NCBI RefSeq assembly: GCF_001194135.2
Contig: NC_068992.1
Location: 9,878,647 to 9,942,646 of the forward strand
Source of the DNA: Octopus bimaculoides
Lineage: Eukaryota
Direction of reading: 5' to 3'
DNA: 64,000 bases
The notes under the pieces are model-generated. The model searched no databases. It was not told where the DNA came from and worked only from the letters and a program-made list of their open reading frames with translations. Below, piece after piece: positions 1-13,180 of this stretch. Each line of letters starts with the position of its first letter. The first letter of the stretch is position 1. A program made the position numbers and the translations under genes.

Positions 1-444
1 TGGTAAGTCAGACAAGTCTACAATACGGTATACATATCACGGTACATATCGACGTTGTGGTATATATCATTTCTATCAGGCAAAAATAACATTTTAGTAA
101 AGAGAGCAGAGAGGCAAAATAAATTCTTTAGAGAATTTCTTCTTGTTTCTCAGTCGATTTTGGCCTTTAAATTTAGTTCACCAGTAAAGCAAACTGGAGT
201 AAGTATCGTTATGTACTTTATCCAGTGGGGTAGGTAGAGAAATAGAATGGCTGGAGGTAGGCAGAGTAAGATTTAAACTCATGTCTCTGTGTTCAAGAAA
301 AGATTTGAAAAAGTGCATTATTAGCTGAAGGCACTTTCTCAGTGAATTTAGAATAAAATGGTAAAAACACAGAACAAGAAGTTATAAGTCAGGGTGGTTA
401 TGTACCAGGGAACAAATTTCAAACACTTGATGGCAGATTCAACA

Positions 445-620
445 GGTATAGGCATGCCTGTATGATAAAAGAAGTGTGCTTCCCAACCATGTGGTCTTGG
501 GTTCAATCCTACTGTGCAGCACCTTGAGCAAGTGTCTTCTCCCATATCTCAGGGTCAACCAATGCCTTCAAAGGGAATTTGATAGACAGAAACTGTATGA
601 AGCCTGTCATGTGTGTGTGA
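445..620 (+). mobile_element. tRNA-derived CORE-like SINE copy, degraded (same family as 30157 and 60250)
   Basis: B-box-like gggttcaatcc followed by caccttgagcaagtgtcttct, then (TG)n. Further degraded copies near 2240-2420(-), 8760-8940(+), 9420-9560(+), 19040-19170(+), 38640-38780(+), 53140-53460(+), 62770-63010(-). Confidence 0.75.
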
Positions 621-877
621 ATGTTCACATTATTCAATCATTGAGCTATAGCAACAGTTGTCTGCTGTCCATGCCAACACATTGCCTGGTAGCTCTGCAT
701 ATTTGAAAATGAGGAATGGAAATTCTCTTCCTTGAAAAATAGTTAAGGGGTAATGAAAGCAAAGGTATCTGACTGTAAAACAATAAGCATTCATTTAAAA
801 TGCTGAAATGGGAAAAGAGAAGTAATTCAAATAAATGAGCAACCCAAATGAACACGGAAACAACATAACATTGTTAC

Positions 878-1023
878 CTTTTCAGTACATTCATCAAAAA
901 AAGCTAAGCTGACATCCTTATCAGATACAAAGGAACGTTCCTCAATAAATCGGATGAAAGTTTGTGTTTTAATTAGCAAGGAGAAGAACTTCAAGTATGC
1001 TTTGTCACGACTCTTCAAAAATC
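878..1023 (-). CDS. DENND4A: DENND4 coding exon ([48 protein letters not shown]), dDENN
   Basis: Acceptor ctcctttgcag, donor AAG|GTAACA; 146 nt, phase 1 to 0. Confidence 0.95.
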
Positions 1024-4000
1024 CTGCAAAGGAGAATGAAAATGGTTATTTAGGAACATTCTTTGTTAGAGATAATAATAAAGTAATCATTTAGATCAAA
1101 TTAAAAGTTATTTGTCTGAGCATAAAATTGTTATTGCAGAACAGATCCATATCCTGGATATAACCAACTGAATATTTGGGGAGAGCAAACAGGTCTTGCA
1201 ATCAAGGTTATCCTTGGTTATCGGTAATGTTGTATACACTTATTTATGCAGAGTTTGGTAGTGTGATTTTAATAGCAACAGCCAAGGAATATTGCAATGT
1301 TGCATCTCTTTTAATAAACAACATAAATGAGCAAGGACTCAAGTAGTGCAAGAGAGCATCAAATCTTTTGGAACTGGTTGACAATTCAGCAAAGTAGTAA
1401 TGAGAGATAATTACCTTGCATATCAAACAACGAAGCGGCTTTCGTAGTGCTGGCTGTAGGCTCCCACATTATTGGTTGCAGAAAATTCTTGTAGCCTTTC
1501 ATCAAGCAAGCCATAAAACGTAAAAAGGCCTCTTGTATTTGAAGTTCTATCATTGTCTAAAACATAAAATGTCAAGAGTAAATAAAATCTGGTTTAGAAA
1601 TTAACAATAATCCACTGATATACTGCATTGTTTAAAACATGTAGTTAAGATTAAAAACTCATTTAAATACGTTTAGTATTTTTTTGTTTCTTGTTTGAAA
1701 ACAAAGCCCTTCTCTGTCACCAATTCAAACAGATGATATCTCATGAGCTACTAATAATGGTGATTAAAATACAGTAAAGCATGCAAAATAAAGAAAATAT
1801 TTATAAAAGAATCTACTTTGGATGGGATGAGTTCTCTCTAAGAATATACATTCAATCTTGATGGAAAATAATCTTGGAGTTGCATGACTGATACCAGAAG
1901 TATCACAACTCCAACTTGGTTCACATGATTTATAATCTGTTAATAAAAATTAGTCAGTAACTATGTGACAATATTTGCATAATCCACCATTGTTCATTTA
2001 GAATATGTTTTTTCTATACTAGTATAAATTGGATGGAGGGGACTTATTTGAGGTAGGATTTCACAGCTGGATGCTTGTCCTGGTACCAACTCATACCTGT
2101 GTTTCAAATAAGCTTTTTTTTTTTTCACTTCTTACAGGTCTTCAAAAGTGCAGAGTAATGCCAAATAAGGAAGGTAAACATCATATTACTGCTTTGCCCC
2201 GGTGTGACAATCAAAGCCACGGAATATCAATATTCATTCATATTTGTGCACATACAGATATACACAAATGACCTCCTTGTGTTCTCCTCCCTCACAAGAC
2301 ATTGGCCAGTGTAGGGCTGGAGAAGAAGACACTTGTGTTGCACAATTCTATATAAAAATGTATACTCTTTTAATTCATTGCGTAATTTTGACGACTGGAT
2401 AGGCTTGTAAATTAGATGAGGTTGTAAGTGAACTTGGTTGCTTTTAAGAATCCTTACTTCTTTTTGTTTAACCTTGAAATCATAATCAATTGGTGCCAGT
2501 TCAAGAGTGACTTCATCTGGTGTTGGTGTTGTGGATGTATGCGCTGACAACTGGTTAAATATTTTGTGGAGTGTATCCTGAAGAACTCGAGCAGGCTTCT
2601 ACAAGAACAATAAATATTAAATGCAAATAATCTCTTTGTAAAAATCCTAGCTTCTAAGAAAATTAGTTTCCAGTAGATTGTATGACATTATCAGATTTTA
2701 CTTTTGAATTCTCTTTGGAAAACTGCAGCAAAAGTATTGCTGAATTAGATTTGCAAATTCGAATACAATTAATATATTTTGTATGCAATGGTAATTGTTA
2801 TGATTCTTCATGGCATTTAATTGAAAAGAGATGTTTTTTTTTTTTTTGTAATTGTGGTCCAAGCTGCAATCATTAGATAGGCTAAAAAAGTTGTTTTTGT
2901 TTTGTTTAACAAACAATGGTCACACTCATTCCGTCATACAGTTTATACACACATGCATAACTTCAAGAAGTCACAGAGGCCCCTGAAGTCAGTGTTTAGC
3001 TCTTTCTGCAACATGAAAATGATCAGAGAGAAAATTTCCTTTAAATAAGATGTCATTTTATTCTTGTTCCAGAAAATTCTTTATTTCTGTGCTCCAGCTG
3101 GGTAAAGNNNNNNNNNNNNNNNNNNNNNNNNNNNNNNNNNNNNNNNNNNNNNNNNNNNNNNNNNNNNNNNNNNNNNNNNNNNNNNNNNNNNNNNNNNNNN
3201 NNNNNNNNNNNNNNNNNNNNNNNNNNNNNNNNNNNNNNNNNNNNNNNNNNNNNNNNNNNNNNNNNNNNNNNNNNNNNNNNNNNNNNNNNNNNNNNNNNNN
3301 NNNNNNNNNNNNNNNNNNNNNNNNNNNNNNNNNNNNNNNNNNNNNNNNNNNNNNNNNNNNNNNNNNNNNNNNNNNNNNNNNNNNNNNNNNNNNNNNNNNN
3401 NNNNNNNNNNNNNNNNNNNNNNNNNNNNNNNNNNNNNNNNNNNNNNNNNNNNNNNNNNNNNNNNNNNNNNNNNNNNNNNNNNNNNNNNNNNNNNNNNNNN
3501 NNNNNNNNNNNNNNNNNNNNNNNNNNNNNNNNNNNNNNNNNNNNNNNNNNNNNNNNNNNNNNNNNNNNNNNNNNNNNNNNNNNNNNNNNNNNNNNNNNNN
3601 NNNNNNNNNNNNNNNNNNNNNNNNNNNNNNNNNNNNNNNNNNNNNNNNNNNNNNNNNNNNNNNNNNNNNNNNNNNNNNNNNNNNNNNNNNNNNNNNNNNN
3701 NNNNNNNNNNNNNNNNNNNNNNNNNNNNNNNNNNNNNNNNNNNNNNNNNNNNNNNNNNNNNNNNNNNNNNNNNNNNNNNNNNNNNNNNNNNNNNNNNNNN
3801 NNNNNNNNNNNNNNNNNNNNNNNNNNNNNNNNNNNNNNNNNNNNNNNNNNNNNNNNNNNNNNNNNNNNNNNNNNNNNNNNNNNNNNNNNNNNNNNNNNNN
3901 NNNNNNNNNNNNNNNNNNNNNNNNNNNAATCAAATCAAAATTCACACCATTTTACTGACATATGTACACAAACAAATAAATTGAGAATCTCTTATAAGCT

Positions 4001-7000
4001 TTTGAGTTTTTTAATCACTTTGCATTAAGAAAAAGATAGTCCTGTGAATTATGCTTTTATTTATTCCAGTCATTAGTCTGTGGCCATGCTGGGGCAGCAC
4101 CTCAAAGATGTTTTAGCCAAATGAATCGACCCCAATATTTTTATTTTAAGATTAAAAAAGAAAAAAATTTATCTAAATTGAGAAAAAAAATAATAAGAAG
4201 AACCCAGACTTACCAACAATAAATGGACAAGGGGCACTTAATACTCCGGACAATCCGAGTGGACACAGAGGTATATAAGGACATTGCCAGTGAAGAGGAA
4301 ATATCATCTATAATAGAGATTAAACAACAAAATAATGATGTTAATAAGAGATTGTGGATGATGCAGTATGATATGATGCNNNNNNNNNNGGGGGGGGGGG
4401 GTTCCAGAAAGGTGTGCAGAGAATGAAATAACAAAGACACAAACAATCAAGAAAATTCCCCCCCAAAATGGGGAGACCTCCAAGGATGAAAGGCAAAGTG
4501 ATGCCAGTAGGATTAATAACAGTTTCCAAGTTTGGCAACTTTTAGTGAGCTGGGGGGCGGGCCACTTCAACCAAATATTTAAAACAAAGCAGCATTGATT
4601 ATTTTTCCATGAATAATTCAGAAAATAAAAAACTTTCATAGACTATCAAGTTACACTGGACATGGTGTGATAAAAAAAATATAAACAGCTATTTCTTTGT
4701 TTTTGCTTTTAGTTACATACCGTGGTCACTGCTTCTGCCACTCCTGTCAAGACTGCTGGACGTAGAGAGTGGATGAGGATCTTTTGCTCAAGGAGAACAT
4801 GCAATAGAATGGTCATACAATTCTCAGGACCGAGGTCTTTTAGCAGTGTAATAAATGAGGCTCCACTAATGAAGACAAAAAAATTAAAACCAAATTATGA
4901 GTGCAACAAAGTATGAAAAGTCAAACACAGTGATTTAAATTAAAATTTTTTTTCTTCACAATTTAAAAATTGATATCTAAAAAACATTTATCAAAGTAAA
5001 TGAGTTTCAGTAATTAAATAAATCAAAAAGTTTAATTACCACAATCTGTTATTGAAGTAATTGTAACAAATTGTAAGTTACTTGACTTTAAAAAAAATTT
5101 TTTGTACTGAAATTAAAAGGTCGTGACCTTGACCCATTGTCAAGGCTTCTGAAACTGAACGCAGAAAGAAGGAAATTGTCTTTAGAATTGTTCCAAATGC
5201 TTGCAACAGAGTGAAGGGTGATTAGCAAGTCTACTCCCTCCCCACCAAATGCAATATACTTTAATAAATGTACTTGATATTCACAAAATAAAACCCTTTG
5301 TTTATATTGATGTAGTTTTGCTAAGTAGTTGGTGTTAGGAAGGGTGTCTAGCTGTAGAAATTATACTAAACATGAAATGTGAGCACATGAAATGTGATGC
5401 TGTCCTCTGACCCATCAAGAAAAGTAGAAACTCTAAATCAGGACCAACACAAACTGTGATGACAAATGTATAATGATGGTGATGATGATCTAAATATATA
5501 AATATTTGCAAGTTTAATTAAACTTTGAATTCAATAAGATTAATTAGGAAAGCTTAAAATCTCTACGTTCAACACACTCACATGTTGGCACATATTCCTA
5601 TGGCAGGAGAGTTGCTAACTTCTTACATTTGTTATTCTCAAGTGTATTGACGATTAATGAATAAAGGAATTGAAAGTATGTTGGTAAATTTAATTTACTA
5701 AGATGTTACTTTCATTCAAGTATAGTCTTAATTCCCTTCACTCACATCGTGAACACCCTTGAGAAAAACAAATATTACAAATTGTCAAGATTCCTGCCGT
5801 ACAAATCCAAGGAAGCATGCTTACGTAACAATTATATGTGTGTGTGCATACCTAATGGACGAATCGTTAAGAAGTTCACTTCACAAGCACACGGCCCCAG
5901 GTTCAATGCTACTGCACAGCATTTTAGACAAATGTCTTTTACTACAGCCCTGGGTTGAGCCAAACCACGTGAGCGGAAATGGGGAAATGGAAACAGTGTG
6001 GAAGTCCATTGGATGAATTTGCATCTGTCACTTAAAAGTTACAAATATAAACCATCCAATGGGCTTGTACCATGTTGGCTGTACCAATGTATGTGTGTGG
6101 GTGGGTGGTTTAAATGAAGTTAATGTGACCAAGTAGTACTTGAATATCTTCTTCATGCAAACCTGCATCCAAACACATCATCACACCCTCAACATATGGA
6201 CGAGAGGGACATTCATTAAAGTAAGATCTTCTCCATGTCCCATGTATATTACTGATCAAAAGAGATAGCAAAGAGCTTGTGATCATTCCTTCCTGTTGTT
6301 GGCAGAAATCATTATCCAATTGTCTGTAGAATCTTGGAAATCTCCATTGTTTATTCACTAGGATATTTCTTTCTTTTAGAGTAGCTTCTCTTTCTAACTT
6401 CCTACTTTTCCTTATTGTAGTTAAAGAATTGTTGGTTAGCATCTTTGTTGACCAAGATGGAAAGTTTGAGGAACTGAAAATGCTAAAACTTCTAAAACTG
6501 AACAACTCGAAGGTGGAACAAAAGTCATAAGAAACATCATACAACATAGAATAACTGTCGAAATGGTATTGATGTTGAGGATGAGAGAAATTTAATAATG
6601 TCAAGAAAAAACATCTCATGATTGTGAGGAATATGGTAAACATACCTTTGAGGTAAAGGTGAGTCTTCTGGCATTGATAGAGAGAGGGCTTCATGGTTTA
6701 ACTGAAACAGAAATAGCATTTAATATTATAACAAATTAGAATATTCAATATTATTTAATATTATATTAAATAGTATTTAATCATCATGAATTCAAATCTC
6801 CCCCACAAAAATTAGCATTTCATCTAAGAACTATACCTCCAATGTAAACAAAGTCAAGTATCAATAAGAAATGATTTAAATAAGTAACTAGGTATACTGG
6901 CAAAAAGACTGAGTAGCTTTTCTTATCAAATTCCAGTCAAACTAGACCACACTATTTTGAAGAAGAGTGTAATACATAGTACAAGAGAGTTCTGAATCCA

Positions 7001-9165
7001 CTGTTTGATAGGATAGTCATGACTGGAACACTCTGATCCAAGCTCTGATTAAACAGATCTTTGATTGTTTAATTCAAGGGAACAACTCTTCAAAACTTGG
7101 CCTTGCATTTAACCCTTTTAGCATTTGATGATGTAATTGTTTATTTTTGAATGACATTGTAGGGTTGGTGTGAGAGGCCATATCAGGTCAGTTTGAACAT
7201 AAAACAGGTAGAATATTTCAGCTGGATATGGCCAGTTCAAACGCTAAAGGGTTAAAAAAATCTAATCCATATATGACAGACAACAAAAATAATCAAGAGT
7301 AGCATGTAGAAGGAAGGTGCTATGATTAAAGAAAAAGATCTACTAAAATATAAACAGAGACAAAAGAACCAGTCTGAGAAGAATTACCTGTACAAGAATT
7401 CTTGGCCTTTGTGGAGATGGATAAGGAACATCAAACATGAAATGAGAAATATGCCTGAAATAAAAAAACAAAAACATTTATCATTATCACCAATATCATT
7501 TGGAGTATTCTAAAAATATGAATGGATTATACCAAATAGGAAAACTTACAATTTCAAAATTTACATGAGAAGATTATTTTGAGAGAGAAAGAGAGAGGAA
7601 CATAATTATGTCTTAATCTTATAATCTCTTCTATGGTACTGTTGTCAATTAAGCAGAGGAAAGAGTGGATTCAAGAAACCACTTTTTTTAGTTGTTGAGT
7701 CCTAAATAAGCTCTAATCTCACAGACTTATGATGAAAGGCATTCTATTCTACATATAAGCATGACATTATCAAGTGTGACCTGGTTTTTCTCTAAGGTGG
7801 TAGATGGTAATTTGATGCAAATTCAGCTGTTATTTCTAGCAAGTTGAGCCACCACACAGAGGATCCATCTTAACCTTGTCCTCCTCTGCAGTGGTAATAC
7901 TATTAAGCACTGAACTCTGCTTTGAATCTTCCATTTGATGAGATTTATCTGATATGAGAGAAAGTGTATCCAGCAATGAAACAAGTAATATTATCTCAGC
8001 TTTGAGATTTTGACAATGTAATGGTTTATTTTTGGAACAATGTTAAAAGGTAGGTGTGACATGCCAGATCTAGCTGGTATAAATCTCAGTTTAAATGTTT
8101 GTGGGTTAATCTCATTAAGATGGTTTAGAACTTTTCAAAGATGATGATTAAAAAAGACAGATTTCAGTAAAAGGAGAGTCTTCATTCCACTCACCTCTCG
8201 ATTGGAACATTATAAGGGCCTGTTATTGATATCCTATATAGATAGGATAGGAATTTCTTGAAAGCATCAAAGAAAGGCCAACGTGAAAGAAGACAAATAC
8301 ATTTGTTTGAATGCACCGTCTTCGGAATGCGATACTGCTCGCGGATATGTTTGTTCTTCAGACCCAAATGCCGTAGCTGAAAATCTGTTAACTTTTCTTC
8401 GGGGAATTCTTCATAAAATGACACTGCTGCTCCATATGCCTAGAATAGAATAGAAAGCAAATATAAAAAACAAAAAAATTAAGCTTAAAATATATTCCCG
8501 TTTAAAGACATATTAATATTAATTGGGAGATAGTTTAAAGGAGAGAAGTTTCAAAGATCCTATCTCAACTATTTAACTTCATTAACTAGATTATTTCAAG
8601 TAAATTCAATCCTAATTATGTTTATCTTATGCCATCTGAATATCAAACATGTAACTCTTAGAATCATTTTCCATGAAACATTTATTAACAGTATTGTAGT
8701 TTTTTCTCATGCACAAACATCAAAATTTATAGTGAAATATTTTGCATATAAATTGAGATATATGTGTGCATGTCTGCAGCATAGTGATGTGATTAAAGAA
8801 ATTCACTTCCCAACCATGTGGTTCTAGGTTTAGTCTCATTTCACCTTGGGCAAATGTCTTTTATATAGCCCTAGGCCAACCAAGGCCTTGTAAGTGAATT
8901 TGGTGGATGGACACTGAAAGAAACCCGTGTATCTGTTTGCATTTGTACTCTATGAAAGTTTCAGCAACAAGCAGTGTTGTTTCCATTTCTCCTATCAGCA
9001 AATTGTCCACTTGCTCCATGTCTTCAAAGATGTGTGAAGAGAGGCTTGCTTGCAAATCCTGGTAAGAGTTAACAGGAAGGGCCTGTAGCTGTAACATACA
9101 GCCTCAATAATATATTCCTCTAACTCATGCCAGCATGGAAAAACAGTCGTAAAACAAATAACTGA

Positions 9166-9197
<32 letters not shown>

Positions 9198-11414
9198 CAT
9201 ACATTACATACACTTATAACTGCTACATTCTACAATAAATTGACACTTTTGAAGTAATAATCTCATCTTATTTCTAATTATCAGACTATCTAATCAGCTT
9301 TACTATTTTATACGATATGAAGTATCCGAAACCATTCACAACATTTCATAGTTCTTTGGTAAAATTACATTAAAAAAAAAAGTTAGCAAAAGAAAAACCA
9401 AGTAACCATGTTGTTAAGAATTTCATTTCACAACTGTGTAGCACCAATTTCAATGCCATTGTGCAGCAACTTGGGCAAGTTTCTTTTATAAAAGCTTTGG
9501 GACGACCAATACCTTTTGAATGGAATTTCCAAAATGGAAATTGTGTAAATGCCTGTTGTGTGTATCTGTGTGATTGCCTATGTTCACCTGTGTAAAGTGG
9601 TGTGTCAAGTTGTGTCCCTTTAAATCAAAGACCTACATTAGCGATTTGATAAATAGACATCAATGAAAAGCACTGAATTTAAAATAATTTCTGGGGTTGA
9701 TATGATAAGCTAAAACCCATGACAGCGGTACCTGGAATCCAAAGATAAACCAGAAAAAGAGTCAACAAAGGAATAAATAAGAGTTCAATGAGTGTAATAC
9801 CAACTTTTTCTCCACCACATGTTGTCAGAATGAATGTTGAAAATACTGGAAGAGGATGCTGAGCCTTAGCGGGCCAACATTCAATTGTTGCTCCCATTGG
9901 CAAACAGAAGAGGGGTACTGATTCAGGAAGTGGATAATTGTCATAATCTGCTTCAGGAAATCGGCCTAGAATAGCTGAAAATAAGAGAGGAAGTTATACA
10001 ATTGATGATCATGTAACAATTTCAAGTAACATATAATTAAAAATACAAAACAAAACAAACTGTTTCATTGTGAAATATAGTCTCTAACTCAACACCACAG
10101 AAATATTCCACTTTAATATTGATATTAACTCTTTGAATATAACTGAGAAAAGAAGTCTCCACTGATGATAATAATAACAAAAATATATAGTGTGCAGCTC
10201 ACAGTGTTACAGTATTACGTGCATGTTTATCTCAGATTTCTGAGATGGATAAAGCATGAAATACTACTATTAAATACAAAACATATTGTCACTTTCTAAT
10301 GACTAACATTTGGCCAAGAGAACTTGTAAGACAGTGCCCAACTTTTTTTCTGGCATAGCAAATCAGCAGTTGAAGCCAGCAGTTACTGCTCATCTACTTT
10401 TGGCTTCCAGCTCAACTCTTCCTGCTTGTTCCAGAGCCAGCAAGAAACTCTTCCCACTGCCTCACCCAACTTGCAAGCAGCTGTCTTCCTTTTAGTTCCC
10501 AGAGCTGTAAGCATCTTCCAAACAGCCTGCTTCCCTCATCGGTTAGTAGCCAGGCCTATCATACTTTATTCTATATTGCTCTGCCATGACATGTTACTCA
10601 GTGGCTTTCCATCTGTTTTCTCACAGCTCCATCAATTACTTTAACCAAAATGACGATCTGTGCCTCCTCAGACCGCATGAAATAATCCAATCCACTGGTA
10701 GTTACATTTCGAAATAATAAATATAAACCAGTAGGGTTTGAGGAAACTAATGGTGTTCCAAGTCAACAAAAAACAGTTGGTAAAGATTGTAAAGATAAGG
10801 TCAGAAACCACTGACATATGAGGGTAGAGACTTTCCTTTAGCAAAGCTTTTGAGGGAAAGGACATTTGTCTTTGTTTTTTTATGTTTACAGCAACACATT
10901 GCATTTATGGATACACTGAGCAAGAATGAGATTTGGGTTTCTTAATTCACTTGTGCTGTATTCCTAGCAAACAAACTGTTTATTCCATTTAATCTTCCCT
11001 AACTGCAGTCAGGACTTCTACAGTAAAAAACCAGATTTTTTTTTTAATATTTCTGGCCAATACAGAAGATATTTGCAAGGGAGGTGGAAATTGTCTCAAC
11101 TAATCTTCTCTAAAGATAACACAATCTGCTTGAAATGTCTTCTTAAGCTGTTTCACTATAAAACCAAAGTTTAATGGTCTGATAAAAACTTATCTTACTT
11201 TTGCAAATCCCTAACTAACAACATAAAAAGCCATAGCTTTTTGGAAACTAGAGAGCTGATAACCAAGTGATTAAACTGTGGACAGACAAGGTGCAGATTG
11301 AAGATCTTTAAATTCACCAGTCCCATTTTATGCATTTTAAAATGCAGCAGTTAATTGTCAGATTAAACATTAAAAACATTAAAGCATTATTCATTCAACT
11401 GCATACCAGCAAGG

Positions 11415-11449
<35 letters not shown>

Positions 11450-13133
11450 TGTTGTTGTTGTTATTGGTTTCTAACATTGGTAAAAGGTAAAAACGTTTGC
11501 AGGGGAGGCATATAGTCAAATAATGAATTGAATCTATTATTGAAATGGTACATGTTTTCATAAACACTCGAGGAATGAAAGGCAGCTGGATTTGGTTTAC
11601 ATACAGAGAAAACTGAAATAGTGTGAGGCATGCCGCTTTACTGTAATAATAATAATAATAATAATAATCAGAAGATGATGACTACAGGAAGATGACGGGA
11701 TCATTACTGAGTAAGACAAAATGTTTAGTGGCATTTTCCCTCATGTTCTGAGTTCAAATGTTGCTGAGGTCGGTTTGGCTTTCATCCTTTTGGGGTTGAT
11801 AAAATAAGCCCCAACTAAGTACTGGAGTTGATGAAATCAACAAGCCCACTCCCTTCCTCCATTCTCTTAAATTTCAGGCCTTGTATCCACAGTTGAAAGG
11901 ATTATTATTATCATTAATATGGCAGTGAATGACAGAATTAGTAGAGTGATCATCTTGTGGTATTACAAGTCCAACTCATGCCAGGGTCAAGTCTACCTTT
12001 CCTCTTTCTGTGTATGTGCAGGTAAAATAAGTATCCAGTAACATATTGAGAGTCAATTTAATTAACTGTACGTCATCTCTCAAAAGTCATGATCTGGCGT
12101 CATATCTAGGATCTAATACATGATAAATGTGAGTTTAGATTGTAGAAAAAAACAACAACAGATTTTAAGAAATGTGTATACACAAACATAAGACCAATTC
12201 TCAGATAGACACAAAGTAGAACTTGGAGTGAGTGGCAGGGAGTCACTGAAAAGGTCATAGACAGCAACGGAAGAATTTTGACGAATAAACAAACAACTGA
12301 TCGATTGTTTAACATCATCATCATCATCGTCGATTAACGTCCACTTTCCATGCTAGCATGGGTTGGACGATTTGACTGAGGACTGGTGGACCAGGAGGCG
12401 ACACCAGGCTCCAATCTAATTTGGTAGAGTTTCTACAGCTGGATGCCCTTCCTAAAGCCAACATATTAAATAAACAAACGATCCATTAGTTAGCTGGTTG
12501 GATATTTAACCAATTGACCAACAATAAAGAAGTGGAATTGAACCCATGCATGCGTTGTTATTATCATTGACAAAAAAAAAGTATAAGTTATATTGAATTG
12601 GAATTTAATTGGTAAAGAGTTCCTATGAATCAGAAATGAAGCATAAAATATAGAAATGTATGATAAAGTTTCAACTGATTCACTAACCAGGTTTATATGC
12701 AAGAACATCTGTTTTAGTCATAGCCTTCTTGTAACACAGATAAACATCTGAGCCCATCTAAAATAAACAGGAAAAAACAAATAATAAAGTCTGTATGAAA
12801 AAAAAATATATATAAACATTGAACATGGTCTAATAATTAAACTTTTAAAAATACAAATTACTGTAATATTTGATACAAAACAAAAAGCAAAATATGGAAT
12901 TATGTAAGACTTTGTAATTCCTTTTCATGTTTAGATGGTTTTAGTATTGGAACAAATATAAATTGATTTTGTTTTCAGTTGGATAAATTTCCTACTACAA
13001 GTTACACAAACATGAAATAAAAATGAATTAGGGTTTTTAGTTAGGCAAACTGGAGCAAAAAGTATGTCTCATACACTCACTGATACACGTATGTGCCTTG
13101 CATGCACACAAACACACACACGCATGCATGCAT

Positions 13134-13180
<47 letters not shown>

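Noticed and set aside
3928-3990. Minus-strand GVNFDLI next to the gap as the start of the missing exon
   Set aside because: There is no AG acceptor at the required phase-1 position and the similarity to the expected GIDSRYFDL is superficial.
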